A stretch of DNA of 63,971 bases, the filler included, from Octopus bimaculoides (taxonomy: Eukaryota): assembly GCF_001194135.2 (NCBI RefSeq). It is 6 parts of 6 records of this genome, joined end to end, with 100 filler letters (N's around TTAATTAATTAA, not from the genome) between each part and the next. Parts side by side here need not be neighbours in the genome. Positions count along the whole stretch, not along the records: positions 37,003 to 57,296 come from NC_069010.1; 5 more parts are not named here. One strand, given 5' to 3'. A program made the translations under genes and the position numbers. Below the pieces are notes generated by a model. That model had not been told where the DNA came from. It did no database searches and worked only from the letters and a program-made list of their open reading frames with translations. Shown one piece after another: positions 37,966-50,936 of the stretch. Each line of letters begins with the position of its first letter. Position 1 is the first letter of the stretch.

Positions 37966-38979
37966 CGGTGTGTTTATGTCACTGTAACTTAGCAGTTTCA
38001 CAAAAGAGACTGATGGAATAAGTACTAGGCTAACAAAGAATAAGTCCTAGGGTCGATTTCTTGTTTCTTTATTGCCCACAAGGGGCTAAACATAGAGGGG
38101 AACAGACAAAGGGATTAAGTCGATTACATCGATCCCCAGTGCGTAACTGGTACTTATTTAATCGACCCCGAAAGGATGAAAGACAAAGTCGACCTCGGTG
38201 GAATTTGAACTCAGAACGTAACGGCAGATGAAATACCGCTAAGCATTTCGCCTGGCGTGCTAACAATTCTGCCAGATAGTCGCCTTCCTGGGGTCGATTT
38301 CTTTGACTAAAAAACTCTTGAAAGGCGGTGCTCCAGCATGGCCGCAATCAAATGACTGAAACAAGTAAAAAAAAAATAAAAGATATCTTTTATTTTTTAA
38401 CTTGTTTCAGTCATTTGACTGTGGCCATGCTGGAACCTGGACTCATTCTTTGTAAGCCTAGTACTTATTCTATCGGTGTCTTTTGCTGACCCGCTAAGTT
38501 ATGGGGGACGTAAACACACCAACACCAGTTGTCAAGTGATGACGGAAGGACAAACACAGACACAATTTCAGAAGCAGGTTGTTCCATTAATCGGATCAAT
38601 TGGAACCCTTGTTGTTGTAACAAATGGAGTATCAGCTACCTTAGCAAAGGCACGTGGCTCAGTGGTTAGAAGATTCGGCTCACAATCATGGGGTCCCGAG
38701 ATCGATTCCCAAACCAGGGTATGTGTTGTTTCCTTGAGCAAGACACTTTATTTCACATTGCTCCGGTCCACTCAGCTGGCAAAAATGAGTTGTACCTGTA
38801 ATTCGAAAGGGGCCAGCCATGTCACATTCCGTGTCACACTAAATCTCCCTGAGAACTACGTTAAGGGTATGCAGTCTGTGGAGTACTCAGCCACGTGCAT
38901 GTTAATTTCACAAGCAGGCTGTTTTGTTGATTAGGAACCAACAGAGTACCAGTTACGTCTATATCTGCATGGGTGAGCA

Positions 38980-39024
<45 letters not shown>

Positions 39025-39184
39025 ATGCCTTCAAGTCCACGTGTGCGTATGTATGTGTGAATACACGCATGAGTGCAAGCACATGTACGAATGAGTGCAA
39101 ACGCGTGTGTATTCCTCAACCGTAAGCATCTGCACATTTGCATGCGTGCGGTGTGTGTATGTGTATGCGTGTGAGTGAGTGCAC

Positions 39185-39215
<31 letters not shown>

Positions 39216-40259
39216 TATGTGTGTGTGTGTGTGTGTGTGAGCGTGTGTGAGCGTGTGTGTGCTTGACAGAAGATTCTAGTAGCTTAGACCAGACTAGAGT
39301 AGACCAGACAAGACAAGACTGAAGTGGAACTAGAANNNNNNNNNNNNNNNNNNNNNNNNNNNNNNNNNNNNNNNNNNNNNNNNNNNNNNNNNNNNNNNNN
39401 NNNNNNNNNNNNNNNNNNNNNNNNNNNNNNNNNNNNNNNNNNNNNNNNNNNNNNNNNNNNNNNNNNNNNNNNNNNNNNNNNNNNNNNNNNNNNNNNNNNN
39501 NNNNNNNNNNNNNNNNNNNNNNNNNNNNNNNNNNNNNNNNNNNNNNNNNNNNNNNNNNNNNNNNNNNNNNNNNNNNNNNNNNNNNNNNNNNNNNNNNNNN
39601 NNNNNNNNNNNNNNNNNNNNNNNNNNNNNNNNNNNNNNNNNNNNNNNNNNNNNNNNNNNNNNNNNNNNNNNNNNNNNNNNNNNNNNNNNNNNNNNNNNNN
39701 NNNNNNNNNNNNNNNNNNNNNNNNNNNNNNNNNNNNNNNNNNNNNNNNNNNNNNNNNNNNNNNNNNNNNNNNNNNNNNNNNNNNNNNNNNNNNNNNNNNN
39801 NNNNNNNNNNNNNNNNNNNNNNNNNNNNNNNNNNNNNNNNNNNNNNNNNNNNNNNNNNNNNNNNNNNNNNNNNNNNNNNNNNNNNNNNNNNNNNNNNNNN
39901 NNNNNNNNNNNNNNNNNNNNNNNNNNNNNNNNNNNNNNNNNNNNNNNNNNNNNNNNNNNNNNNNNNNNNNNNNNNNNNNNNNNNNNNNNNNNNNNNNNNN
40001 NNNNNNNNNNNNNNNNNNNNNNNNNNNNNNNNNNNNNNNNNNNNNNNNNNNNNNNNNNNNNNNNNNNNNNNNNNNNNNNNNNNNNNNNNNNNNNNNNNNN
40101 NNNNNNNNNNNNNNNNNNNNNNNNNNNNNNNNNNNNNNNNNNNNNNNNNNNNNNNNNNNNNNNNNNNNNNNNNNNNNNNNNNNNNNNNNNNNNNNNNNNN
40201 NNNNNNNNNNNNNNNNNNNNNNNNNNNNNNNNNNNNNNNNNNNNNNNNNNNNNNNNNNG

Positions 40260-40379
40260 CAATGATGAAACGCTAAACACAAAAGATGATGATGATGATG
40301 ATGATGATGATGAGGGGGAGGGTATGATAGTGAAAGTAGAAGTAGTAATGGTGGTGGTGGTCATGAGGAAAACTACCAT

Positions 40380-40431
<52 letters not shown>

Positions 40432-40767
40432 AGTAGTAGTCATGAGAATTATTATCATGAGTGGTGAGGGTGGTGGAGGTTGTGATTGGGATGATGATGA
40501 TGGTGATGATGATGCTGAAGATGCTCTACAAATAGCAGCAGCAGCCATGCCACCATTTCTCTTTGGTTCCCTTCACTTCAGGTCAGTCAGCAGTTTGTGG
40601 AAGACAACCAGCCAACCGACCAGCCTACTGGCCAACCAACCAGCCAACAGGCCGGCCAACCAGCCAGCCAGCCAGCCAGCCAGCCAGCTGGCCGGCCGGC
40701 CAAGCAGCCATTCATCCACTTGTGGTGATTGTGAGAGTAGAAGTGGCAGGAGGAGGAGGAGGAGGAG

Positions 40768-40800
<33 letters not shown>
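40260..40800. repeat. Compound simple repeats (GAT)n, (AGT)n, (CCAG)n, (GGA)n, (GA)n
   Basis: Read directly. Confidence 0.95.
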
Positions 40801-40802
<2 letters not shown>

Positions 40803-41019
40803 GGTTAGTGGGAAGAAGAGATAACAGAGAGATATAGGGAGATATATATACACACACACACACACACTAATAAAGAGAGCTAATGATAGAATATATATAC
40901 ATATATACATGTACACACACACACAAATACATCAATATTTGTTGAGCATCTTTGGTGCAAAATACCTTGCTATAACTAGTTGTGATGCACTCTGTGACGT
41001 ATGCTCATGTCTTAATAAG

Positions 41020-41087
41020 GATATATATAGATAGATAGATAAATGGATCGATAGATAGATAGATGAGATAGATAGATAGATAGACAG

Positions 41088-41162
<75 letters not shown>

Positions 41163-41165
41163 CAG

Positions 41166-41204
<39 letters not shown>

Positions 41205-41207
41205 CAG

Positions 41208-41254
<47 letters not shown>

Positions 41255-41287
41255 CAGAGATAGATAGATAGATAGATAGATAGACAG

Positions 41288-41333
<46 letters not shown>

Positions 41334-41343
41334 NNNNNNNNNN

Positions 41344-41375
<32 letters not shown>

Positions 41376-41386
41376 CAGATAGACAG

Positions 41387-41417
<31 letters not shown>

Positions 41418-41428
41418 CAGATAGACAG

Positions 41429-41477
<49 letters not shown>

Positions 41478-41705
41478 TAGAGAGACATAGAGAAAGAGAG
41501 AGACAGATAGATAGATATTCACAGACAGATGTATATAGTTCACCAATACATCCCAGAAGACACTAAAAATAGTGTAGAGCAAAAGAAAGACAAACATACA
41601 GACACACACATATTTATATATATAGACACACAGACACATGAGAGACAAACAGACATAAATATAAATATATTAACTGTCCGTCTTTTCCCTTCCTTATCAC
41701 CCTAT

Positions 41706-41789
<84 letters not shown>

Positions 41790-41892
41790 AAGAGAGAGAG
41801 AGAATGAGAGAGAGAGAGAAAGAGAGAGAGAGAAAGAGAAAGAGAGAAAGAGAAAGAGAGAAAGAGAGAAAGAGAGAGAGAGAGAGAAAGAA

Positions 41893-41980
<88 letters not shown>
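41020..41980. repeat. Long (GATA)n array (about 41020-41515) followed by (GA)n/(GAAA)-type array (41708-41980)
   Basis: Read directly; accounts for the IYLS and ERER pseudo-ORFs. Confidence 0.97.
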
Positions 41981-41982
<2 letters not shown>

Positions 41983-42898
41983 GTGTAGAATGGAAGGGTT
42001 GAAAACATCACATCAGAAAGAGAGAGGGAGAGAGAGAGACATAGATAGACAGAGAGAGAGAGAGAGTGAGAGAGAAAGAGAGAGGAGCAATATGCTAATA
42101 GCTCTGGCATACATAGACAATACATATATCGAAAGAGATAGTGGGGGGTATGGTAGTAAGCCAGTTATGTGAATATATATGGCTAAATACATAGAGTAGG
42201 TACCGTACATATATGTGCATACATACAGACACTGATGGAAAAATACACACACACACACACACACACACATTTACAGATATACACATATAAAAATATACAT
42301 ACATTCACAGACAGGTGTATATCGAAAGAGAAAGAGAGAGAGAGAGACACATACACCCACATATAATATATGAACATACATTTATGCAATACATAATGGC
42401 AGGTGTGTGCATTTGTGTGAGTTTGTAAACATATATGTGTGTGTGTGTGTGTGTGTGTGTATCTATATATCTGTGTGTATATATATGCATATATATAAAA
42501 CATATCTGTGTGTGTCTGTGGATACAGTGATCATTTTGTGGTAAGAAGCTTGATTCCCAAACACATGGTTCTGGGTTCAGTCCCACTGCATGGCACCGTG
42601 GGCAAGTGTGTTCTAATACAGTCTCGGTTCAGCTAAAGCCATGTCAGTGGATTTGGTAGATGGAAACTGGAAGAAGACCATTGTGTAGAGGTAAATATAT
42701 GTGTGTGCGTGTGTTTGTCCTCCCATCACGGCTTGACAACTGGTGTTGGTGTGTTTATTATTTTCGTAACTTAGCAGTTCAGCAAAAGAGCTTGACAAAA
42801 TAAGTACCAGGCGAAGCAAAAATGATTAAGTACTTGGGTCGATTCATTCGACTACTAATTCTTCAAGGCGATGGCACAGAATGGCTACAGCCTAATTA

Positions 42899-43158
42899 CT
42901 GGGCTACGTGCACTTAAACATTTCCTTGAACTCTGACCCAACCCACAATCCGACACCTCCACACTCGTTTGTCTGGTCGAACTTGTCCTTTCATTCAACT
43001 GCTTCTCGTTCGGGGGAGATTTCTACCAGCATGTTCTCCGGGGTGGCCATGGGAACGAGAATGGGCCCCAACTATGCGAACCTGTTCGTTGGCTATGTTG
43101 AGGCCCAAAATATTCTCAAGTTTCACTGGTCCCACTCCCGAACTATATGACCGTTATA
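42899..43158 (+). mobile_element. Penelope-like reverse transcriptase fragment
   Basis: LRALKHFL...LVELVLSFNCFSFGGDFYQ..SGVAMGTRMGPNYANLFVGYVE...PELYDRYI (RT motifs 4-5), frameshifted. Confidence 0.9.
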
Positions 43159-44761
43159 TTTTCTTTCCGTGTTCCTTTCTGTAGAAGAGCATAGGCTCGA
43201 AACATTAAAGAATTTCTCAATTCCTGAGCGTTATACTAATACATCTATTTGTTTTCAACACCACCTGTCTTTGTCTGTTGTTTGTTTGTGAATTCTCCCC
43301 CTACATGTATGTATATATGTATACGATACATATATATAGATAATATATATATACACACACACACACAGGTGTATGTTATGTGCTGATATAAATGTGTAGG
43401 GACATGTGTGTGTATACAGATAGATGCACACATATTTATACACCCTGATACACATTTTCTACATGTATACTTTTGTAACTCCTATCCTGTAATGAAACAC
43501 ATGTAACACGGAATTACAAATGTACAAAATGTTACCAGNNNNNNNNNNNNNNNNNNNNNNNNNNNNNNNNNNNNNNNNNNNNNNNNNNATATATATATAT
43601 ATATACACATATATATATATAAACATACATACATGAAGACATGAATAAATTTGCATTTATCCACACACCACTTTGGTTTTACAAATGAGTGAACAAAACA
43701 ATACATATGGCTGTATATAGAGGTATATCATCATGTATGTGTGTATGTGTGTATGTGTGTATGTGTGTATGTGTGTGTGTATATTGATAAGATGGAACAC
43801 TATAGTGAGTCAGGAGCTCCTACCATCACTCAGTTGAATCTGAAGTCAACGAACTGTAGAAAATTAAGTTTTTATTAGTACATTCGTCTCGAAGTATTAC
43901 AGCTACTACTGTGTTTCAACTAACGAGTGTCTGTTTGTGTGCATGTGTATATATATATATATATATATATNNNNNNNNNNNNNNNNNNNNNNNNNNNNNN
44001 NNNNNNNNNNNNNNNNNNNNNNNNNNNNNNNNNNNNNNNNNNNNNNNNNNNNNNNNNNNNNNNNNNNNNNNNNNNNNNNNNNNNNNNNNNNNNNNNNNNN
44101 NNNNNNNNNNNNNNNNNNNNNNNNNNNNNNNNNNNNNNNNNNNNNNNNNNNNNNNNNNNNNNNNNNNNNNNNNNNNNNNNNNNNNNNNNNNNNNNNNNNN
44201 NNNNNNNNNNNNNNNNNNNNNNNNNNNNNNNNNNNNNNNNNNNNNNNNNNNNNNNNNNNNNNNNNNNNNNNNNNNNNNNNNNNNNNNNNNNNNNNNNNNN
44301 NNNNNNNNNNNNNNNNNNNNNNNNNNNNNNNNNNNNNNNNNNNNNNNNNNNNNNNNNNNNNNNNNNNNNNNNNNNNNNNNNNNNNNNNNNNNNNNNNNNN
44401 NNNNNNNNNNNNNNNNNNNNNNNNNNNNNNNNNNNNNNNNNNNNNNNNNNNNNNNNNNNNNNNNNNNNNNNNNNNNNNNNNNNNNNNNNNNNNNNNNNNN
44501 NNNNNNNNNNNNNNNNNNNNNNNNNNNNNNNNNNNNNNNNNNNNNNNNNNNNNNNNNNNNNNNNNNNNNNNNNNNNNNNNNNNNNNNNNNNNNNNNNNNN
44601 NNNNNNNNNNNNNNNNNNNNNNNNNNNNNNNNNNNNNNNNNNNNNNNNNNNNNNNNNNNNNNNNNNNNNNNNNNNNNNNNNNNNNNNNNNNNNNNNNNNN
44701 NNNNNNNNNNNNNNNNNNNNNNNNNNNNNNNNNNNNNNNNNNNNNNNNNNNNNNNATAGAT

Positions 44762-44850
44762 GTTTTCGATCTAGTTTGGATTCTTCACCATCAAATTTGA
44801 AATCTTTGCAATCAAATTTGATGGTAAAGAATCCAGACTAGATTGAAAAC
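44762..44850. repeat. Hairpin with 39 bp arms (3 transition mismatches) and 11 nt loop
   Basis: GTTTTCGATCTAGTTTGGATTCTTCACCATCAAATTTGA versus the reverse complement of 44812-44850. Confidence 0.9.
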
Positions 44851-45094
44851 AACTATATATTACATATATATATATATATATATATAGGTTCAAAAAAGGA
44901 AAAAGACAATAGAACAACAACAAAAAACAATGTGAGGACGTGATACAGATTGTGTTACTAGATGCTCGGGAAAGGAAAGAGAGAGAGAGAGAGTATGACG
45001 TTTCGAGTGGAGCTCTTCGTCAGAAACAAGGAAAGTCCAAAGAAGGGAAAAACGGAGGAAGAAAAAAACGTGCCTTATTGGGGTTTTATCAGGT

Positions 45095-45600
45095 GTTGAC
45101 ATTTGTTTGATCAATCCCAGAGAAACAAGCAGTCCATCTGTTTATATGCTCCACTAACCCAGTAGCTAAAGAGAACTGGAGTTCCTAATTTGCATATTGG
45201 ATATGTTTAACACTTTATATAATATCAATGGCTTGTAATGGGGAGTTTAGTCCTCACAATATCAGGGTATGAGATAATGTATGTAACCTATACAGTAGAT
45301 AAACAAACATAGCCAACTTAACTGGTTCTTTGTAGGCAGAAAAAGATAATGGACGTCCTTATTTGATTTTCGAGCCAAATTGAGGTCTCATCAGAGGTAT
45401 TTACATCAGTTTGACCAATCCCAGAAAAACAAGCAACCAATCTGTTTATATACTTAATAAATCCAGCAGGACTAGAGCTATTAATTTGCACACCTTAAGT
45501 TTTTAACATTTCATTTAATTACAGCAGCCTGTCAATGGGGAACTCAGTCCACACAGTAACAAGGTATGATGGATGTAACCTTTATGTATAAGGGGATACT
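45095..45600. repeat. Diverged direct duplication, period about 305 bp
   Basis: CAATCCCAGA.AAACAAGCA..C.ATCTGTTTATAT and AATGGGGA.T.AGTCC.CAC...A.GGTATGA are present twice. Confidence 0.7.
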
Positions 45601-45649
45601 CAAAAGTAAACAGAAATGTTCTCTGTGGGAGAAGCCTGTTGTAGTTCAG

Positions 45650-45890
45650 GCCTCAGTCTACTGACTGGTGGTGTCCTCTGAATTCATACTGCCACATAGT
45701 GTGGTCTTGTTTTGCAGTGCTTCTCTCCTGTTTGTCAATTTTTTATGATGGCTGAAACAAAAGAAACAGCATGCTTCTGTAGAATTCCGTTTTCTGCTGG
45801 GGGGAAAACGGTGGCCGAAACAGCTGATATGCTTCAAACAGCTTAGAAGGATGCTGCCACGAGCAAAACACACGTTTACAAGTGGTTTCT
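45650..45890 (+). mobile_element. mariner 5' fragment (N-terminal HTH remnant)
   Basis: MAETKE.HASVEFRFLLG.TVAETADMLQTA*KDAATSKTHVYKWF, read across frameshifts. Confidence 0.75.
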
Positions 45891-46999
45891 TTGTAAGCCT
45901 AGTACTTATTCTACCAGTCTCTTTTGCCAAACCGCTAAGTTACAGGGACGTAAACAAACCAACACCAGTTGTTAAGTGGTGACGGGGAAGGGACAAACAC
46001 TATCACACACACATAGATGTATATACATATATATATATATATATACAATGGGATTCTTTCAGTTTCAACCTACCAAATCCACTCACAAGGCTTTGGTCGG
46101 GCCGAGAGATATAATAGAAGACATTTGCCCTAGGTGCCACGCAGTGGGACTGAACCCTGAACCAAGTGGTTAGGAAGCAAGTTTCTTACCACACAGCCAC
46201 TTTTGCACCAAAATATAAAAAAACAAGTAGGTCTCTCAGGTACTTTATTTTGTCAACCCCNNNNNNNNNNNNNNNNNNNNNNNNNNNNNNNNNNNNNNNN
46301 NNNNNNNNNNNNNNNNNNNNNNNNNNNNNNNNNNNNNNNNNNNNNNNNNNNNNNNNNNNNNNNNNNNNNNNNNNNNNNNNNNNNNNNNNNNNNNNNNNNN
46401 NNNNNNNNNNNNNNNNNNNNNNNNNNNNNNNNNNNNNNNNNNNNNNNNNNNNNNNNNNNNNNNNNNNNNNNNNNNNNNNNNNNNNNNNNNNNNNNNNNNN
46501 NNNNNNNNNNNNNNNNNNNNNNNNNNNNNNNNNNNNNNNNNNNNNNNNNNNNNNNNNNNNNNNNNNNNNNNNNNNNNNNNNNNNNNNNNNNNNNNNNNNN
46601 NNNNNNNNNNNNNNNNNNNNNNNNNNNNNNNNNNNNNNNNNNNNNNNNNNNNNNNNNNNNNNNNNNNNNNNNNNNNNNNNNNNNNNNNNNNNNNNNNNNN
46701 NNNNNNNNNNNNNNNNNNNNNNNNNNNNNNNNNNNNNNNNNNNNNNNNNNNNNNNNNNNNNNNNNNNNNNNNNNNNNNNNNNNNNNNNNNNNGATGGTGT
46801 AGGCCGTGGGGATGTAGCAGTTCTTCCACTTTGATCATTTCCTAATTTACTGCATTCACAGCAATAAACAGACACAATTATATTTAATGACCAAGATAAC
46901 GAGATAGGCCTCTATGTGGTAGCCAGAGATGGTAGAAAGAGCAGTCAAAATCTCCCTCAATTCACACTGTCCTGTGTAAGTCTGTATGTCTGTATGTAT

Positions 47000-47210
47000 G
47001 TATGTATGAGCCAATGAGGGAGACCTCTACATGGTAGCTAGGCCTGCTAGAAATAGCAACCAAATCTCCCTCAAATCACACCCTACTGTCTTATGTATGT
47101 ATATATGTATGTATGAGCCAATGAGGGAGACCTCTACATGGTAGCTAGACCTGCTAGAAATAGCAACTAAATTTCCCTCAAATCACACCCTACTCTCTTA
47201 TCTATGTATA
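47000..47210 (+). repeat. Tandem duplication (about 105 bp x2) of a SINE family D segment (CCAATGAGGGAGACCTCTACATGGTAGCTAG.CCTGCTAGAAATAGCA.C.AAAT.TCCCTCAAATCACACCCTAC)
   Basis: Two adjacent copies. The GCTAGAAATAGCAGCCAAAT motif recurs near 31238, 46930, 50190, 50385 and 59075. Confidence 0.85.
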
Positions 47211-49649
47211 TATGTATGTATGTATGNNNNNNNNNNNNNNNNNNNNNNNNNNNNNNNNNNNNNNNNNNNNNNNNNNNNNNNNNNNNNNNNNNNNNNNNNN
47301 NNNNNNNNNNNNNNNNNNNNNNNNNNNNNNNNNNNNNNNNNNNNNNNNNNNNNNNNNNNNNNNNNNNNNNNNNNNNNNNNNNNNNNNNNNNNNNNNNNNN
47401 NNNNNNNNNNNNNNNNNNNNNNNNNNNNNNNNNNNNNNNNNNNNNNNNNNNNNNNNNNNNNNNNNNNNNNNNNNNNNNNNNNNNNNNNNNNNNNNNNNNN
47501 NNNNNNNNNNNNNNNNNNNNNNNNNNNNNNNNNNNNNNNNNNNNNNNNNNNNNNNNNNNNNNNNNNNNNNNNNNNNNNNNNNNNNNNNNNNNNNNNNNNN
47601 NNNNNNNNNNNNNNNNNNNNNNNNNNNNNNNNNNNNNNNNNNNNNNNNNNNNNNNNNNNNNNNNNNNNNNNNNNNNNNNNNNNNNNNNNNNNNNNNNNNN
47701 NNNNNNNNNNNNNNNNNNNNNNNNNNNNNNNNNNNNNNNNNNNNNNNNNNNNNNNNNNNNNNNNNNNNNNNNNNNNNNNNNNNNNNNNNNNNNNNNNNNN
47801 NNNNNNNNNNNNNNNNNNNNNNNNNNNNNNNNNNNNNNNNNNNNNNNNNNNNNNNNNNATATATATACATATATATATGTGTGTGTCTGTGTATGTGTGT
47901 CTGTGTTTGTCTCCCTAGCATCGCTTGACAACCGATGCTGGTGTGTTTATGTCCCAGTAACTTAGCGGTTCGGCAAAAGAGATCGATAGAATAAGTACTA
48001 GGCTTCCAAAGAATAAGTCCTGGGATCGATTTGCTCGACTAAAAGGCGGTGCTCCAGCATGGCCGCAGTCAAAAAGACTGAAACAAGTAAAAGAGTAAAA
48101 GAGTATATATATATATACATATATATATGTGTGTGTCTGTGTATGTGTGTCTGTGTTTGTCTCCCTAGCATCGCTTGACAACCGATGCTGGTGTGTTTAT
48201 GTCCCTGTAACTTAGCGGTTCGGCAAAAGAGACCGATAGAATAAGTACTAGGCTGCCAAAGAATAAGTCCTGGGGTCGATTTGCTCGACTAAAAGGCGGT
48301 GCTCCAGCATGGCCACAGTGAAAAAGACTGAAACAAGTAAAAGAGTAAAAGAGTATATGTTCCAAACACCAGATTAAATTTTTCATTATTTTCAAAATTA
48401 ATTGCAACAAAAGCAGTGTATTTCAACAGAAACACGGTAGCAAAAGGGTTAAGGTCTGTACATAATACAGGGACCATATTAGTTGAGTGTACCCAACATG
48501 GGTAGCAGATAGCTTCCCCTGAGTACTGTTTATATAGTCTCACAGCAGATGTGGGTGTTTTATGCTCCAAAACCAGAGTAATCATTGTCAAAGTTATTTT
48601 TACTAAATTCTTCATCATTTGAGAAGTAAATGAAACAAAAGCAGCATATTTCAACAGAAACATGGTAACTAAAGGGTCAAAGTGATCTAAATTAAAACCT
48701 TTCACCAAAATTGCATCTTAATTCATGCTCCAAACACCAACTTAATTAATACATTTTTACTCTTTTACTTGTTTCAGTCATTTGACTGCGGCCATGCTGG
48801 AGCACCGCCTTTAGTCGAGCAAATCGACCCCAGGACTTATTCTTTGGAAGCCTAGTACTTATTCTATCGGTCTCTTTTGCCAAACCACTAAGTTACGGGG
48901 ACGTAAACACACCAGCATCGGTTGTCAGGCAATGTTGGGGGGGACAAACACAGACACATAAACATATACATACACACACAGACATATATATATATATATA
49001 TATATANNNNNNNNNNNNNNNNNNNNNNNNNNNNNNNNNNNNNNNNNNNNNNNNNNNNNNNNNNNNNNNNNNNNNNNNNNNNNNNNNNNNNNNNNNNNNN
49101 NNNNNNNNNNNNNNNNNNNNNNNNNNNNNNNNNNNNNNNNNNNNNNNNNNNNNNNNNNNNNNNNNNNNNNNNNNNNNNNNNNNNNNNNNNNNNNNNNNNN
49201 NNNNNNNNNNNNNNNNNNNNNNNNNNNNNNNNNNNNNNNNNNNNNNNNNNNNNNNNNNNNNNNNNNNNNNNNNNNNNNNNNNNNNNNNNNNNNNNNNNNN
49301 NNNNNNNNNNNNNNNNNNNNNNNNNNNNNNNNNNNNNNNNNNNNNNNNNNNNNNNNNNNNNNNNNNNNNNNNNNNNNNNNNNNNNNNNNNNNNNNNNNNN
49401 NNNNNNNNNNNNNNNNNNNNNNNNNNNTTATACAAAAAAAACCGTGTTCCTTGTTACGACAGAACTTTTTCTTCTGGCAACACAGCATCTGTCCAGTGTA
49501 ATGGATGTCTAAATAGATTCATATAAATAGATTCAATAAACTTCTTGAATTCAAAGAATCTATGATTTTCTTCCTTTCAAATCAAAGGGGTAACATTGGC
49601 ATAAATATATATATTTTGGGGCAATTGGTTAAAAAGTTCCCTGCCCCTG

Positions 49650-50095
49650 TTTTAAAGGAACCCTAGAACTTAACTGCTAGTAATACAAACCAATGAGGGA
49701 GCCTCTAGGTAGCCTTAGTCTTCTATTATAATTCCATGCACATCCACAATGTTTTAAAGGAATATAAAATCAACCCCAGAACTTAACTGCTAGTAATACA
49801 AACCAATGAGGGAGCCTCTAGGTAGCCTTAGTCTTCTATTATAATTCCAGTTACATCTAGGGTGTTTTATAAGAATATTAAATCAAACCTAGTACTTAAC
49901 TGCTACTAATATAAACCAATGAGGGAGCCTCTAGGTAACCTTAGTCTTCTATTATAATTCCACTTACATCTAGGGTATTTTATAGGAATATTAAATCAAC
50001 CATGGTACTTAACTGCTACAAATACAAACCAATGAGGGAGCCTCTAGGTAGCCTTAGCCTTCTATTATAATTCCAGTTACATCTGGGATGTTTTA
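49650..50095 (+). repeat. Satellite, 113 bp unit x4
   Basis: ACTTAACTGCTA recurs at 49668, 49781, 49894 and 50007; each unit contains CCAATGAGGGAGCCTCTAGGTA. Confidence 0.93.
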
Positions 50096-50879
50096 TATGC
50101 AATCTATTTCCACAAAGGGAGCAAAGATAACGTTCACCTCGGATGAACTTGATCTCAGAACAAAAAGGGTTGCAGCTAAACATCTCAAACAGCTAGAAAT
50201 AGCAGCCAAAATCTCAAATCGAATCTGACTCATAAAATGCAGTAAAGGGATAGGGAAAACCTATTATGATGAAAAAAAGATAAATAATAAATGAAAACAG
50301 ACGTTCCAGTAATGACCATCATGTCTTTTTACAGTCATCTAGGGCTGCATCATCCAATGTCTCCTTGTGGTCGCTCGAGAAGCTAGAAGTAACAGCCAAA
50401 TCGCCCACATATCGCAACCAATCTCACAAAGACAGATCTGGTTGATCAGGGCTGACCTAGGGCTAAACACTCAAAGGGAGGTAATTAAATACAAGGCTTT
50501 TGAGGGGTTTTATTTTTATTTTATTTATTTTTTAAAAAATTCCCTGTCCGATGCTCCACGGATTTTTATTACAACAGTAAAAGAACAGAAACGCTGGAGA
50601 TGGCAAAAAAAGGGCAGGACGTGGTGTATAGTGGGGTGGGGGAGACGGAGGCGAGATTTCTTTAGATTAAAGATGACGAAATATTTGTGTGAGTGTGAAT
50701 GGGGGAGGGGTGCATGCGTGCGCGTGTGCGTCCGTGTGTGTGAGTGAGTGAGTGCGTGTGTGTACCCGTATGGAATCAGCAACGGGGTATATCAGAGAGG
50801 GTTGTTTCTCAATTATATATATCCGGTCACATACAGGTGCACATACATTATATACACACACACACCTCTCTCTCTCTAT

Positions 50880-50936
<57 letters not shown>

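Noticed and set aside
39284-40379. Longest ORFs in the track (also 18334-19272, 43911-44841, 46166-46875, 47167-47965, 48893-49512)
   Set aside because: They are open only because they run through N-gaps.
40932-42172. IYLS-, ER- and LS-repeat proteins
   Set aside because: These are translations of (GATA)n and (GA)n microsatellites.
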